From Monocercomonoides exilis PA203 (lineage: Eukaryota > Protista > Preaxostyla): a stretch of DNA of 64,000 bases. Under the pieces are notes generated by a model that saw nothing but the letters and a program-made list of their open reading frames with translations, ran no database searches and was not told where the DNA came from. Below are positions 42,350-54,080 of the stretch, one piece after another. Location: NCBI GenBank assembly GCA_001643675.2, contig LSRY02000011.1, positions 124,001 through 188,000 on the forward strand. The letters are read 5' to 3'. The position numbers were made by a program, and so were the translations under genes. The first letter of the stretch is position 1. Each line of letters begins with the position of its first letter.

Positions 42350-44000
42350 ACGATTGAAGAGCATTTTCATTTTTATTTATTAATTACGTTTTCTCCACGC
42401 AAATGAGAGAAATGATGTCATTGGAAGCACGGAAACATTAACGAACAAAACGTTTTCAATTGCATGAAATGCGTTCGCGTGCTTGCTTGCTGAAACAATT
42501 TTCGACGAGAGAAAATGTTTTCTTTTTTATCAAGATTTTTCAAGATAAGAGTGCACAATGCGAATCACATTTGCTCACTTCTTTCATATTAACTATTGAC
42601 TGCTGATTGTTCATTGAAAATGAGTGGAAACAAAAAGAAATTGAAAAGGCAAGGCGATGAAGAATAATGGATATCTGAATTAAGCCTATTGAAAGGAACA
42701 TTTGAAAAGCAGGTCTTAAAAGCAGGAAATTTTTCATATATATTGAAAAATTCCTTTAGGGATGTAGTTATAGCTTCAAATATTTATTCCTTTGATGAAT
42801 CAATGATATTTGTGTTTCAATTTCTGAAAATGCTATCACACAACTGCGTTGAATCTTTCAAATTCAGCAAAAGTGCCTGTTATTATTTGCAAAAACATTA
42901 TCTGGAGATTGAATGAAAAGAAAAGCAAAAACACCTTTGAAAAATCACAATTTGAGAAGAATTATAGGCTTTGTGAAAGAACTACACAAAATTCATGAAG
43001 TTTTCTGCCAAGGTGAGCTATTGATGGAAAGTCATTCCCTCGAAACTATATTATTGAACCACGAACATTGGAAAAATACCAAAAACTACATTTGGATGCG
43101 TTCACTTAATTGGATGCATCTCCAGTTTAGGCATTAACACTTCTTTATCTTGTCATTGGATGGAAATTACACTACATTCAAAACATATTTTTGCAATGAA
43201 AGTTTTATTTGATTGCAATTACTCATTGAATACATATTTTTTCCTATTTGCACACATTCAAGATTATCGGGCAACATTTCTTTTTCTCTAATGTGTCTGT
43301 CTTCATCTTTTTCTTTATCTTTTTCTTCTTTATCTGCTTCAACTTCTGGAGCAAAAATTCATCAATATATTCCATCATTACCATTTTAATTGACATGTTC
43401 ATCATTATCAAAATTAATTCCACATTAGCCGTTGTTCTTATCAAAATTTATGAGCACTTGAATCCGTTTTTGATCGAGGTTGCGTTATATTTCATTTATC
43501 CATTGGAATAATCTGTATTTTGATTTATTATTTTTCAAATTGCTTCAAATTATTTAGAGACTTATTAATTCTCAACAAACTTGCTGAAGCATATTTTCCA
43601 TGGAATGCATCTGCCATGCAAGAGACAGCTTGAAAGAAAATAATATTGGCAAAGCATTTAAAGGATAATGATGCCGTTGGATGTATTTTTGAAAGCAAAA
43701 TGAAGAAATATTACCTGAGGAATCTGAATCTGATGACAGTTTCAACTCAAGGAAAATACACAAGCAAATGCAATTTGGTACGTAAGGGTGCATCTGAAAA
43801 AATCTGAAGGACGATGATAACTTTTTGATAATCGAAGAAGCAATCAAAATTGGAATAAATAATCAAATATTGATTGTGAATACAAATTGTTTATTCAAGA
43901 AGAAATTCTTGAGCAACGATATTGAGCTCGTTAAGAATCTGATGTTTAGCTTGTAACAATTTCAATAAAGCCTGGGGAAATTTGAAGACAGCTGCAATGC
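42350..44000. pseudogene. Possible decayed coding remnant(s)
   Basis: Less AT-rich than neighbouring intergenic DNA. Protein-like stretches interrupted by stops (e.g. LNKLAEAYFPWNASAMQETA*KKIILAKHLKDNDAVGCIFE at ~43570 on +). No family recognised. Confidence 0.25.
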
Positions 44001-44379
44001 ATTGAATCAACACTGGGTGAATTCACAGCTTACGTTAATACTTTTAAGCTGATATTAGGGTTCAAAACTTTTAACGATGAAATATAATCAAAAAAACATA
44101 AAAAATGCCATTTTTGACAATTACATTACTGAAAGATGTGAAGTGCCATAAATTTTGAATCAAAAGTGTGATCATTGAAACTGAAACAACAAAAGGCGGC
44201 ATTGTACGAATTATCGGAGCAAGAGTATTTTCAAATTAATATTCTCCAAAAAAACAATCTCAAAAAAACAATCATCAGCCTCAGCATTTTCTGTCATTTA
44301 TTTTGTATCCATTTATATATTAATTGTTACAAGAGCCCATTAAGTTCCTGTTAATAATTAAAAAAAAAAAAAAATGAAT

Positions 44380-47300
44380 TCACAGCAATGTCTCACCGCT
44401 TTCGAGTTCGCTTTCATTTCCGTTGAACCTTCCTGATTCTTCAAGAGCAATTGCATCTGTCATCGTCAGTATAACCGCTCCTGCCGGAAAGCACTGGATG
44501 AACTCCCTTTTCAGAGCATTGAGGGTCATCCTCTCAGAGCCTTTGTCGCACCAACAGGATCTCACAACCAAGCTCAAGTGGGACTGCTCAATAATGCCTA
44601 TTTTTGGCCTCTCACCGTTTACTATCTTCTGTCCCGCCACTTCTGCTTCATAGTCTCCAAACGGAATCTTCAGCGTCAAGCATTCCCACAACATCATCCC
44701 AATCGAAAATGAAACAGATTCCTTTGTAGCTCCCATCTTCTTGTCGATCAGCAACTCAGGTGCCTTCCACCTCAAACACTCTTTTTTGAAATCGTCCTCA
44801 TCTTCAAAGGCAGACGAGGGCAGAGATTCCTCCTCGTCATCATCACTGGTAGATATCGCAATAGTTGATGAAGAGCTGGATGAGGAATCAGAATCATCAG
44901 AAGAAAAGTCTGAATGCATCACAATGCAGATCACCATGTGTTCTGAGAAGAGCACAATATGCGGACTCAAATTGGCAAGTGATTGGAGTGGATTTTCCAT
45001 CCCATCGAAAGAGTGGAGAGCGAGATTTGCCACCCAGAACAGGATTTGGGCAGCTGTTTGCTCTCTTTGCTGAAGACTCCCAATCGCCATTTCTTTCTTC
45101 CCATTCCTTCCATGCAACAACATGAACAGCGAATCCCTCAGATCCACAATCAACTTCTCATGAGGCGAAGAACAGGCCATTGCATCCACCAGATTCGACA
45201 TTGATGAGGTGGTTGGACACAAATCCTCTCCCCGAACAAATGTTGAATCTGAATCTGAAGTGTCTGTGGTTGAAGTGGATGAAATGGAAGGTGATGGTGT
45301 TCGTTTTCTCGTTTCGTCCTCGATCTCTTTCTCATCGATTTTCTCCAGCATCCATTGAGGGATCTTGTCAGAATCTCTCCCCAAAATGTATTCTGTGGAG
45401 CCATTCTCACTCAACAAATACTCTTCTGACTCAGAATGCTGCATCTCCTTTCCATACACCCTCTTCTTTATCCTCTCTTCATTTTTTTTCTCTGCCTCCC
45501 TCTCTGCTCTTCTCCACTGCTCCTCAGGAGACATCTCCATCGTCACCATCTCAAACGCCTTCGGATCCTTTCTGATGTTATCATTCACAATCTCTCTCAG
45601 ATCTTCTGCTTCATTCTTTGCCTTCCTCCATCTAATTGTAACAATAATTGAAATAATCAAAACAATCAAAAGAATAACAACAAGCACAATTACGATTATT
45701 GACCATATCGATCTTTCTTTCTTTCCTCCTTCAGCAATCCTTTCATCTCCAGTTGTTTTGGATTCACTCCTGTTCTTCAGAATGAAAGAATCAGTGGCTG
45801 ATGGAGAATCAGCATCCCCAAACAAAATGAACACAGACACTTCAGCTTCTTCAGAAGATGATATAATTGATGGAGACACTGTTGAAAAATTAATTTCTTC
45901 TTCTGAAATGAGATTTTTGCTTTCCAATAAGTGCGTTTCAACTTCTTCTCTGTTTCTTATTAACACTGAAATACCCAGAGAAAGGTTACATGGGAGAAAA
46001 AGTGTTCCTTTTAAAATCAATGCGTCTGACTCTTCTTTATTTCCGTACTCCACAAAATTCAGAGTTGGGATGAAGAATGGTGATGCCCTTTCACCAGCTC
46101 TTTCATAAAGCTTGCAATCGCGATTTCTTATCCACAGTGATGTGTTATTTTGCAGACCATCACCTCCTTTTAATCCAGTAATTTTCAACTCTCCGGATCC
46201 ATCACAAATTATGTTCCTGCGAGCAGATGGGTATTTGATGTTTTGAGCTGTATTGTTAGCGAATACTCCTTTCTCAATTGTAACATTTGCATTGTCAATA
46301 GAGAGGCCACCGTGATGTGAACCAGATATTATTGTGTCCATCATTTTTGCTGAGCAGTTGCTCAAATCTACGAGTGAACCATTCCATTCGCAAACATCTT
46401 CAACTTCCATTATTCTTTCATCATTTAAAACTTCTCCAAAAAATTCACAGGATTCAATAATAATTGGATGGAATAAACAAAGTTTAACTTGTTTTCCTTT
46501 CTCTTTTGTTGTTGAACTGTTTGACAGTGAATCATTGAGAAGTGCTAAGCATAATTCGGAGCTCCGATAGGATGATGAAACAGATATCACAGAACCCTGC
46601 GGAGATGAAATGTTTCTGAGCGAAAGCAACGACAAATCTACTATTTTGCTATGTTCAATGTTTTCGAATTTTTTATTGAAAACTATTGCAACTGTATTTC
46701 CATTGTGAATAAATAAATCCACAAATGATGAATTTGTAATAGAAATGTTTTGTGAAGATTCTATGAGCAGGCACTCGCTTTGAAAGATTGCCATTGTTAC
46801 CAACATCTTTGAAATAATCAATGAAGATTTGTTTGTAATCATCAAACTTGAACAATTTATATCGCTGAAGTTGATTTCATTCATTTTGATTGAAGATGAG
46901 TAACTCAAACTCATCATTTCTCTTGATATATGCAAACAATGGAATTTGACATCGAAAATTGAAAGATTTCCACAAAATACTGATAGAATTGTCGAATTAA
47001 CAATGAGCGAAGCGCATTCAGTTTCGAATCCTGATGATGAAATTATGAGATTTCCTCCTGTTAAACACATAATTGCTTCGTGAGAACATGAAAAAAAGTT
47101 ATCAAATAAAAATAATATTCTTTCAAACGATGAGGACATTTCAAAAAGAAGTAGCGAATGCTCGTCATGTTTTGGAAATGATGAATTAAAAATAATTTTT
47201 GCATTTTCATTTGTGCGAATACTTTTTATGGCAACCTCAGGAACACTTTGTGAGTTTGAGAACTTAATTTTGTCAACTACAATAAGCTGACTGTAAGAGG

Positions 47301-50300
47301 AAGATAGAACATGTTTCAAACCATAATGCAATGACTTACAAGGCATTGAACTGTTTCCGCAGAGGTTGCTATCTGAAGCGTTAGATGAGGCATCAGATAC
47401 AAAGATTAGTTCACTTCTGTAGATCAAGATTTGAGGAATGAGATCAACATCCTGTTTTGGCATGGTAGAATCGATGCCCCAAATTGAATTATTTCTAAAA
47501 AATATTGCTTCACGCAAGTCGAGATGGAACAATGTACTGTCGATTTGCCATTTAATTTCATTGCATTCAATGAAAATGTCCCTTCCAATGGCTGCTGTAT
47601 TATTCATAAAAATAACATTATCAAACAAAAAAGGAAGTAATTCTTTTTTTGTGGTTGTGCAATTGAGGTAAATTCCTCCTCCTTTACCAATATTTGCCGC
47701 ATTGTGAGAAACTGTTGAATTAATTATTTCAAACAATCCAACTGATCCAAGGGAATTCAGAGTGGTTCCACCATGAAGTGAATAATTTGCTGAACAGCGA
47801 ACAATGGAAGTATTGACGAATTGAATGGATAGTGGTGATTCAAATTGTGAATGAAACAGAACACTGGGTAAATCTTTTTGTTGAATCAAAGAATCGAAAA
47901 CACAAGAGTCAATGACGATTTCTTTTGTGTTTTTTGATGAATTTTCACTTATTTCTTGAGAAGAAAAAGAAAATGGCATCACAATGAATGAATAAGAAGA
48001 TATAAAAGTTGAAATCATGGTTACACTTCCCCTGTTGATTTTTATTATTGTGAAAGAAATTGTTTCATTTGATGAGCAGTGAAAAGAACTGTTTTCCACA
48101 ACAAGCATGGATCCAATCTCGTTCGTCAGTATCAGGGATGAATGATTGTTTTCAAAATGAGAGGGAAATGTTATTTCAATGTTGTATAATGATGCTTGGA
48201 AAACTGTTATAATGTTTTCTTTCGTTCTGGTAAGTGAACTGGAAATATTGATCTGAGCTGGTATTTGAAATGATGAATTTATAATATGATTATTCAATTC
48301 TATTTCAGAATTGATGCAAGAAGATTTATCCACTATTATCTGCATTTTTCCATCTCCTACTGTTCTTGTTACTCCAAATTCAATAGTTCTACAATGAAAA
48401 TGAGGCTGACCACACCCAATATTGTTGCAACCCTTTGAGTTATTAACAAAAATTATTGAGTTGAAATATCCAACAATATAATAGAATAAACTTTCATCAT
48501 TAAAGAACCATGATTGATCTTTCCCCACCAAGGAGTTGTTTCCGTTTTCTTCACTCAAATTTTTTGCAAAAGCAAATGAGATTGGATCAACAATCTTCAA
48601 AATATCATTACACGAAACGAAAATATCGCATCCAACAAAAGCTTTGTTTTCTGAAAAAACCAATTCCATAAAGAATAAATGAACGTTATGCGACAAGCAA
48701 ATCAAATGCAAAAACCCACCTTTTCCAGCAAATTCGTTTTCACATCTGCAACTGAATGCATTGGAAGAACCATTGATAATAACTGTGCTTTCTTCGTTTT
48801 GCTTCAATTCCAAAGCTCCTCCATGTTTACATGTCTCAGATGCAATATCTTCAAATGAGCAATTATCGATAACAGTATGCGAGCAATTAGTCAATGATAT
48901 TACGCAAGGATAATTGAAGTGAGATAACGATATGTGTTTGAAAGTGCATTTATTCAGTAAATATGTTTGTTCAGTGCGAATTTCAGAATCTTCTTTATTG
49001 CTGGGTGCATCATTTTTTATGTTGAAAATCTGAACTTCGTTCAGAGAAATGTCATGAACAGATAATGAACGTAGTTCTGCATGCAACTTACTTGTAAATA
49101 CAAACGGTGATATTACAAATTCCATTGAATGGACTGATGTGTCTACCATAGTAAGATGACCTTCTGAAGCTCTAATCAAAGTCACATTAATTGAGTTTTC
49201 TGACTGACAAGAAAAAGAACAGCAGATCATCTGAAGATTTCCGCTTCTGGTTGAAGAATCCAGTATTACTGAATGCGTAGAATAAAATAAACAGGGTATT
49301 GAAAACTCTATCTGTGAAAAAGTGGAATCTTTATGACTATGAAATACTACATCATTGGAATCATTGGTGATGTTGTTGCAAAATATGAATATTGCTTTTT
49401 CAATAGCATTTTTTGAGGAGAGAAAATAATTTGAAATGTCATATTCATCGTGTATTTCGGAAAGTACATCCACAATAACTGTTTTTTTATCACTTAAAGA
49501 AATTGCTTTCTGGAAAGCATTCCACATAGAATAGCACGGAAAAGGTTCACTACCGCATCGAAGGAGATCATATCCTGATGGAGAAATATAGATGGTATCA
49601 CTTTCAAAGTTTAACAAATACATAAGCAAATCAATTTCAGAGAACAAAATATCATTCCCCACAAACGCATTTGGATCATTTGCCCACTTTTCAGCAGAAA
49701 TGATAAGATTGCTTTTATTTATTGTATCATTTAAATTTTCACATCTGAGGAAAATGTTTTTTCCTGAAAATGCTGAATTTTCTAAAAATGCAATATCTTT
49801 TATGCAAAAATCAGAAGCAGTGTTCAATATGTCTAAATACAAAAAGCCCCCTTTCCCAGTTAAAAGTGAACATGCGCAAGATTTTGCGCAAGCATGTTCT
49901 GTAAATGCTTCTCCCTTTATTAGCAATGCTCCTTCTGATTCAATGTTGGCTTTTATTCCACCTCCATCACTGCTATCTGAAGATTTCAAGTCAATCATTG
50001 AACAATTCAATAATTGAAGAGTGCCAGAGATAGTGGATGATAGCATGGAAGGGGTTGATGTTTGCCAAGAAGTGGCAATTGTGGAACATGTGACGTTAAT
50101 TAGATTGATAGACGACTCTTTATTTTCAGGAATTGTGTTTGAAATAAGCTCGAAAAGAGTTGTGTTTCTCAATGTGAAATTAGATATTTGAGAATTTTCG
50201 AAAATCACTTCGGCTGACAGATCGATTTCAAAAGGCACAGAATCAAACAGATGAGAAACAGTTGGAGAGCCAAAGAAACAATCTGTAATTACCAATTTCC

Positions 50301-53271
50301 CACTTTTTAAGTGCAGGAGCGAGTAAGATAGGGGATTTCCTTGATAAATACAAATCATGGAGGAATGTGATAAAGCAAATGAACCATTTCTCAAATCAAA
50401 GATGCAAATCTGTCCATTTTGAAAGGATAATGGAAGATAAAAATTGACATAATTAATTTGTGATTGGCCGCAGTTGTGAATGATTCCTGTACTTTGAGGA
50501 TATAGTTTTTCAATATCAGAATGAACTGTGATGATGCATTGAGAACTTGTGTTAGATTGGATAATGTGTTTTGAAAACAATAGTTCGCAATCAAGAAAAG
50601 CTTTTGAATTAACAACCAATGAAAGATTATCGGATTGTGATATCATGTGAGATACAGCCTTTTGAATGCTTTTGCATTGCCACTCTTTCATTCCACAGAA
50701 ATTTGAGTCATCACCATAATCTTCGCTAACATGAATAACGTTACTCTTAAACCCATCAATAAATATGAATAAATTAACGTTTATTAATGAAAAATTTTGT
50801 TCATCCCTACCAAAAAAAGAGTCAGATTTACTTGTAACAGAATCTGCAAAAGATAAAAATGATGTAGTTGCGATGGAAGGGAGTGATTCGCACTCCAAAA
50901 ATAAGTCTTTGCCAATATTTGCATCGTTTCCATTGAAAACAAGTGAATTAAGAATTGGGATATTGTTTTGATTAATGGTAAGGAAAATTGAACCTCCTTT
51001 TCCATTTGCGGAAGTGGTGGAACAATTATAAAATGATGAATTCTCAATTGTAACTTTGTTTGAAGATGAATGAGTTAATCTCAAAACACCTCCTTTTGAA
51101 GATGCTGCAGAACAATTTTCAAAGAAGCATTGAGATATGGACAAAATTGACGAAAATAGCAAAATGTTAGAGAAGACTGATGGCGAGTCGTCTAGTGTTC
51201 TATGAAACGAGATATTGGTTTGCGATAGAGTTATCCTTCCAGCTAGTATATCCATCAATGGCTTGCTTCCATATGTTGAAGATGAGCCAATCAATGAAAA
51301 AGAATCCACAGAAAAGGATGAGTTATCTCCACTGCAATGAACAAGTTGAATCTGATTTTGACTTTTTGAAAAATCAATACAAAATGATGATAAGGAAAGA
51401 CTGGAGCCTGAACAAGAGAAAAAAGAGTTACAATTATGTGCGTGGGTTACACATATTTTTGATATTTGAAATCCATTTCCTTGGATACTCAGAATGCGTT
51501 GAACAATATTGTGTTCAACGTATAAAGCAGAAGAGTGATTCCCATTAACAATATGAATTAATGTTATGTTTTGCATGAGTGGTTCTTCCAATATATGTCG
51601 TAATGTTGCACATCCATAATTTACTGTTAATCCGCACCATTCATTATCCATTCCTGCAGTACAATCAAGATATCTGCTCTGATTTGCAGTATCAATCCAA
51701 TTTGATAAATCATCATCGTTACTGTTTTTTATTGAATCGTTGTTTCGAGTTGAATAGCACATGAAAAATGGAGAATCTTTTCGATTGAACTCTGATATAT
51801 TTACATAAACATCATTTCCATTGTTATTTGAAGCGCTATTATTGTGGAAGAAGCAGTAACTCACAAACGGTGATGCTCCATTCATCCAAGGTTTACAAAA
51901 GAACCAATACCCTCCTCCAATAGTTGCTTGATTATTTATCCACGCACAGTTTGTGATCAGATATTTATCAGATGTGAAAAAAATATATGTTCCACCGCCA
52001 ACTTTCGAAATGCCACTTTCAAATAGACTATCAATAATACTAAGTGGGTTTGCATTTTCACCATTACGTATTTGAAGTGCTCCCCCATTTCCTTCGTTTG
52101 TTTTGCAATTCATAAAAAATGTGCTTCGAATTGTTATTCCATTCATATAAAACAAATATGCAGCTCCTCCAAAAGATGCGGATTCAATGAAACATTGCTT
52201 GAAAAATGAATTATTGATAATTCCGTGAGAGCAATTCATCAAGAAAACAGCGCCTCCTTCTTTCATTGAATGACAATTATCAAACGTACAGTTCTGAATT
52301 GCAAATACAGTACTTGATCCAGTTGCATATAATGCACCTCCGCCATTTGATCCTCCATCGCAGTTGATGAATTGATCACTGATGAAGGACTTGGATGAAG
52401 TGAATTGTTGCCTACTGTTGAACTCTTCATTTTTCATTTTTCGAAGGCATTGCATGTAACTGCAGTTATGTGAGGAAAATAATAAAGATTCTTCAGAATT
52501 TATATTACTGATTACGCCTCCGAATAATGCGTCGTCAACTCCAAAGAATGAACATGAATTAATACTTGTCGCTGCTTGCGATCTTTCAAGATTATTGGAA
52601 TACTCATTTTTTCGAAACTCCATTGATATATTCGTAAAACCCACTCGTTGCAAACTCAAGGATTGAAAGCATTTATTTGAAAACAAAGGATAAGTTATAT
52701 GTGAGAAATCTAAAAAAATTGAATCTCTGATAAACAGTGTTGATGGGATTGAAAAAATCCTCGAAACTACAGGATTTGTGAAAATGCCTTGAAAATGAAA
52801 GTGTTTGAAATAAGGGATTATTGTGAGATTTGAAGCTTCGAAAATGCTTTCATTCATTGTGAAAAGTTCTCCATTCACACTTCTGGAAATATTTAAAACA
52901 CATGATGATAAATCCAGTCTTGAGTTGTTAATCAGTATTTTTACAAGGTCACTTTGCTCAAACAACAGTGATATTTCAATCTGAATGCATGATGAGTTCG
53001 TGAAGACAAAAAAACTTGACACAAGAGGATTTTTGAAACGATTATTTTCATCTATTTTTTGAAATTGGTTTGTATTATTCAAAGAAAGATTAGAAATTTT
53101 TTCATTTGCTTCGAAAATTTCGATGATTTGATTTTTACATTGAGTTTTCTGAATGTTATATGCAAAACTCATTTTTGAACTGCTTTCAAATTTATGATGA
53201 TTCCTATTTTTTGATGAATTGATATTTAAACAAATCAATGTAGCAAAAACGAAGTTGAACAGATTCATCAT
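44380..53271 (-). CDS. Type I membrane protein: signal peptide, beta-helix/Pmp-like Cys-rich repeat ectodomain, TM helix, cytoplasmic TK/TKL-like pseudokinase (~2,963 aa, intronless)
   Basis: MMNLFNFVFATLICLNINS leader; GGALY/GGAVF/GGAAY repeats; TM WSIIVIVLVVILLIVLIISIIVTIRWRK; C-lobe CLRWKAPE...SFSIGMMLWECLTLKIPFG...NGERP; no HRD or DFG. Confidence 0.85.
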   Translation of the reverse strand: MMNLFNFVFATLICLNINSSKNRNHHKFESSSKMSFAYNIQKTQCKNQIIEIFEANEKISNLSLNNTNQFQKIDENNRFKNPLVSSFFVFTNSSCIQIEISLLFEQSDLVKILINNSRLDLSSCVLNISRSVNGELFTMNESIFEASNLTIIPYFKHFHFQGIFTNPVVSRIFSIPSTLFIRDSIFLDFSHITYPLFSNKCFQSLSLQRVGFTNISMEFRKNEYSNNLERSQAATSINSCSFFGVDDALFGGVISNINSEESLLFSSHNCSYMQCLRKMKNEEFNSRQQFTSSKSFISDQFINCDGGSNGGGALYATGSSTVFAIQNCTFDNCHSMKEGGAVFLMNCSHGIINNSFFKQCFIESASFGGAAYLFYMNGITIRSTFFMNCKTNEGNGGALQIRNGENANPLSIIDSLFESGISKVGGGTYIFFTSDKYLITNCAWINNQATIGGGYWFFCKPWMNGASPFVSYCFFHNNSASNNNGNDVYVNISEFNRKDSPFFMCYSTRNNDSIKNSNDDDLSNWIDTANQSRYLDCTAGMDNEWCGLTVNYGCATLRHILEEPLMQNITLIHIVNGNHSSALYVEHNIVQRILSIQGNGFQISKICVTHAHNCNSFFSCSGSSLSLSSFCIDFSKSQNQIQLVHCSGDNSSFSVDSFSLIGSSSTYGSKPLMDILAGRITLSQTNISFHRTLDDSPSVFSNILLFSSILSISQCFFENCSAASSKGGVLRLTHSSSNKVTIENSSFYNCSTTSANGKGGSIFLTINQNNIPILNSLVFNGNDANIGKDLFLECESLPSIATTSFLSFADSVTSKSDSFFGRDEQNFSLINVNLFIFIDGFKSNVIHVSEDYGDDSNFCGMKEWQCKSIQKAVSHMISQSDNLSLVVNSKAFLDCELLFSKHIIQSNTSSQCIITVHSDIEKLYPQSTGIIHNCGQSQINYVNFYLPLSFQNGQICIFDLRNGSFALSHSSMICIYQGNPLSYSLLHLKSGKLVITDCFFGSPTVSHLFDSVPFEIDLSAEVIFENSQISNFTLRNTTLFELISNTIPENKESSINLINVTCSTIATSWQTSTPSMLSSTISGTLQLLNCSMIDLKSSDSSDGGGIKANIESEGALLIKGEAFTEHACAKSCACSLLTGKGGFLYLDILNTASDFCIKDIAFLENSAFSGKNIFLRCENLNDTINKSNLIISAEKWANDPNAFVGNDILFSEIDLLMYLLNFESDTIYISPSGYDLLRCGSEPFPCYSMWNAFQKAISLSDKKTVIVDVLSEIHDEYDISNYFLSSKNAIEKAIFIFCNNITNDSNDVVFHSHKDSTFSQIEFSIPCLFYSTHSVILDSSTRSGNLQMICCSFSCQSENSINVTLIRASEGHLTMVDTSVHSMEFVISPFVFTSKLHAELRSLSVHDISLNEVQIFNIKNDAPSNKEDSEIRTEQTYLLNKCTFKHISLSHFNYPCVISLTNCSHTVIDNCSFEDIASETCKHGGALELKQNEESTVIINGSSNAFSCRCENEFAGKGGFLHLICLSHNVHLFFMELVFSENKAFVGCDIFVSCNDILKIVDPISFAFAKNLSEENGNNSLVGKDQSWFFNDESLFYYIVGYFNSIIFVNNSKGCNNIGCGQPHFHCRTIEFGVTRTVGDGKMQIIVDKSSCINSEIELNNHIINSSFQIPAQINISSSLTRTKENIITVFQASLYNIEITFPSHFENNHSSLILTNEIGSMLVVENSSFHCSSNETISFTIIKINRGSVTMISTFISSYSFIVMPFSFSSQEISENSSKNTKEIVIDSCVFDSLIQQKDLPSVLFHSQFESPLSIQFVNTSIVRCSANYSLHGGTTLNSLGSVGLFEIINSTVSHNAANIGKGGGIYLNCTTTKKELLPFLFDNVIFMNNTAAIGRDIFIECNEIKWQIDSTLFHLDLREAIFFRNNSIWGIDSTMPKQDVDLIPQILIYRSELIFVSDASSNASDSNLCGNSSMPCKSLHYGLKHVLSSSYSQLIVVDKIKFSNSQSVPEVAIKSIRTNENAKIIFNSSFPKHDEHSLLLFEMSSSFERILFLFDNFFSCSHEAIMCLTGGNLIISSSGFETECASLIVNSTILSVFCGNLSIFDVKFHCLHISREMMSLSYSSSIKMNEINFSDINCSSLMITNKSSLIISKMLVTMAIFQSECLLIESSQNISITNSSFVDLFIHNGNTVAIVFNKKFENIEHSKIVDLSLLSLRNISSPQGSVISVSSSYRSSELCLALLNDSLSNSSTTKEKGKQVKLCLFHPIIIESCEFFGEVLNDERIMEVEDVCEWNGSLVDLSNCSAKMMDTIISGSHHGGLSIDNANVTIEKGVFANNTAQNIKYPSARRNIICDGSGELKITGLKGGDGLQNNTSLWIRNRDCKLYERAGERASPFFIPTLNFVEYGNKEESDALILKGTLFLPCNLSLGISVLIRNREEVETHLLESKNLISEEEINFSTVSPSIISSSEEAEVSVFILFGDADSPSATDSFILKNRSESKTTGDERIAEGGKKERSIWSIIVIVLVVILLIVLIISIIVTIRWRKAKNEAEDLREIVNDNIRKDPKAFEMVTMEMSPEEQWRRAEREAEKKNEERIKKRVYGKEMQHSESEEYLLSENGSTEYILGRDSDKIPQWMLEKIDEKEIEDETRKRTPSPSISSTSTTDTSDSDSTFVRGEDLCPTTSSMSNLVDAMACSSPHEKLIVDLRDSLFMLLHGRNGKKEMAIGSLQQREQTAAQILFWVANLALHSFDGMENPLQSLANLSPHIVLFSEHMVICIVMHSDFSSDDSDSSSSSSSTIAISTSDDDEEESLPSSAFEDEDDFKKECLRWKAPELLIDKKMGATKESVSFSIGMMLWECLTLKIPFGDYEAEVAGQKIVNGERPKIGIIEQSHLSLVVRSCWCDKGSERMTLNALKREFIQCFPAGAVILTMTDAIALEESGRFNGNESELESGETLL

Positions 53272-53810
53272 GCGTTTTGAAATCTCATCATTATGGAAAC
53301 AGATCAACAAGAAAAAATTGAAATTATTTGTTATTTGCCAAAAAACATAATCTTCACAAAATCAATTTTCTAAAAATTGAAATACAAATGACAAATTCTT
53401 GTCATAATAAAAACAAAATTTATGTAAATTTCACGAAGAGAAAGCAATATGAAGTGTAATAAAACACAAGATAATATCTTCCGACTATTTCTTCATAAGT
53501 TTTTTTTGCTTAAGTACTTGAAATTCCATTTTTTTGTTCTTTGACTTTTGTTTGTGAACACATTGTTCGAATAAAGATAAAAAATAAAAGACTTTTCGAT
53601 TATATGCTCTTATGAGATTCTTTGAAATCAAAATAATAACATTTTCAAACATATTAATACGTTATGATTCTCTTCGAAAATCACAAAATGGAATAATAGA
53701 AAAATTGAAAATATGAAAATGGATGATTTTTCTTAAAAGTTTTTCTTTTTTCGGGATGTTGATGATAAAAAGGGTTTCAACTATTTCTTTAAAAAGAATT
53801 ATCTTCCATA

Positions 53811-54080
53811 TGGGGCAAGATATTTTTCTTCAGGCATTTTCATAGAAAAATTATCCACTTTTCATTGATATTATGAGATCAAAATAATTATAAAAATGGT
53901 CCTATTTTTTAACATTCGTGAAATATTAGAAAACTTAATGTTTTGATATCAATGATACCTGTTTACGTATGTGAAAATCAAATTTATTTTGAAATCTGAG
54001 AAAGTGAAATAAAGTTATAAGTGAATCAATTTTTCTGTGCTTTATGCAAAAAAAAGCTTGTAAGTCAGTATTTTCGCCCA
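53811..54080. mobile_element. ~270-bp MITE copy 1 with degenerate TIRs, TA-flanked
   Basis: TA|TGGGGCAAGATA ... AAAAGCTTGTAAGTCAGTATTTTCGCCCA|TA. Diverged reverse-complement copy at 54871-55136. Confidence 0.6.
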
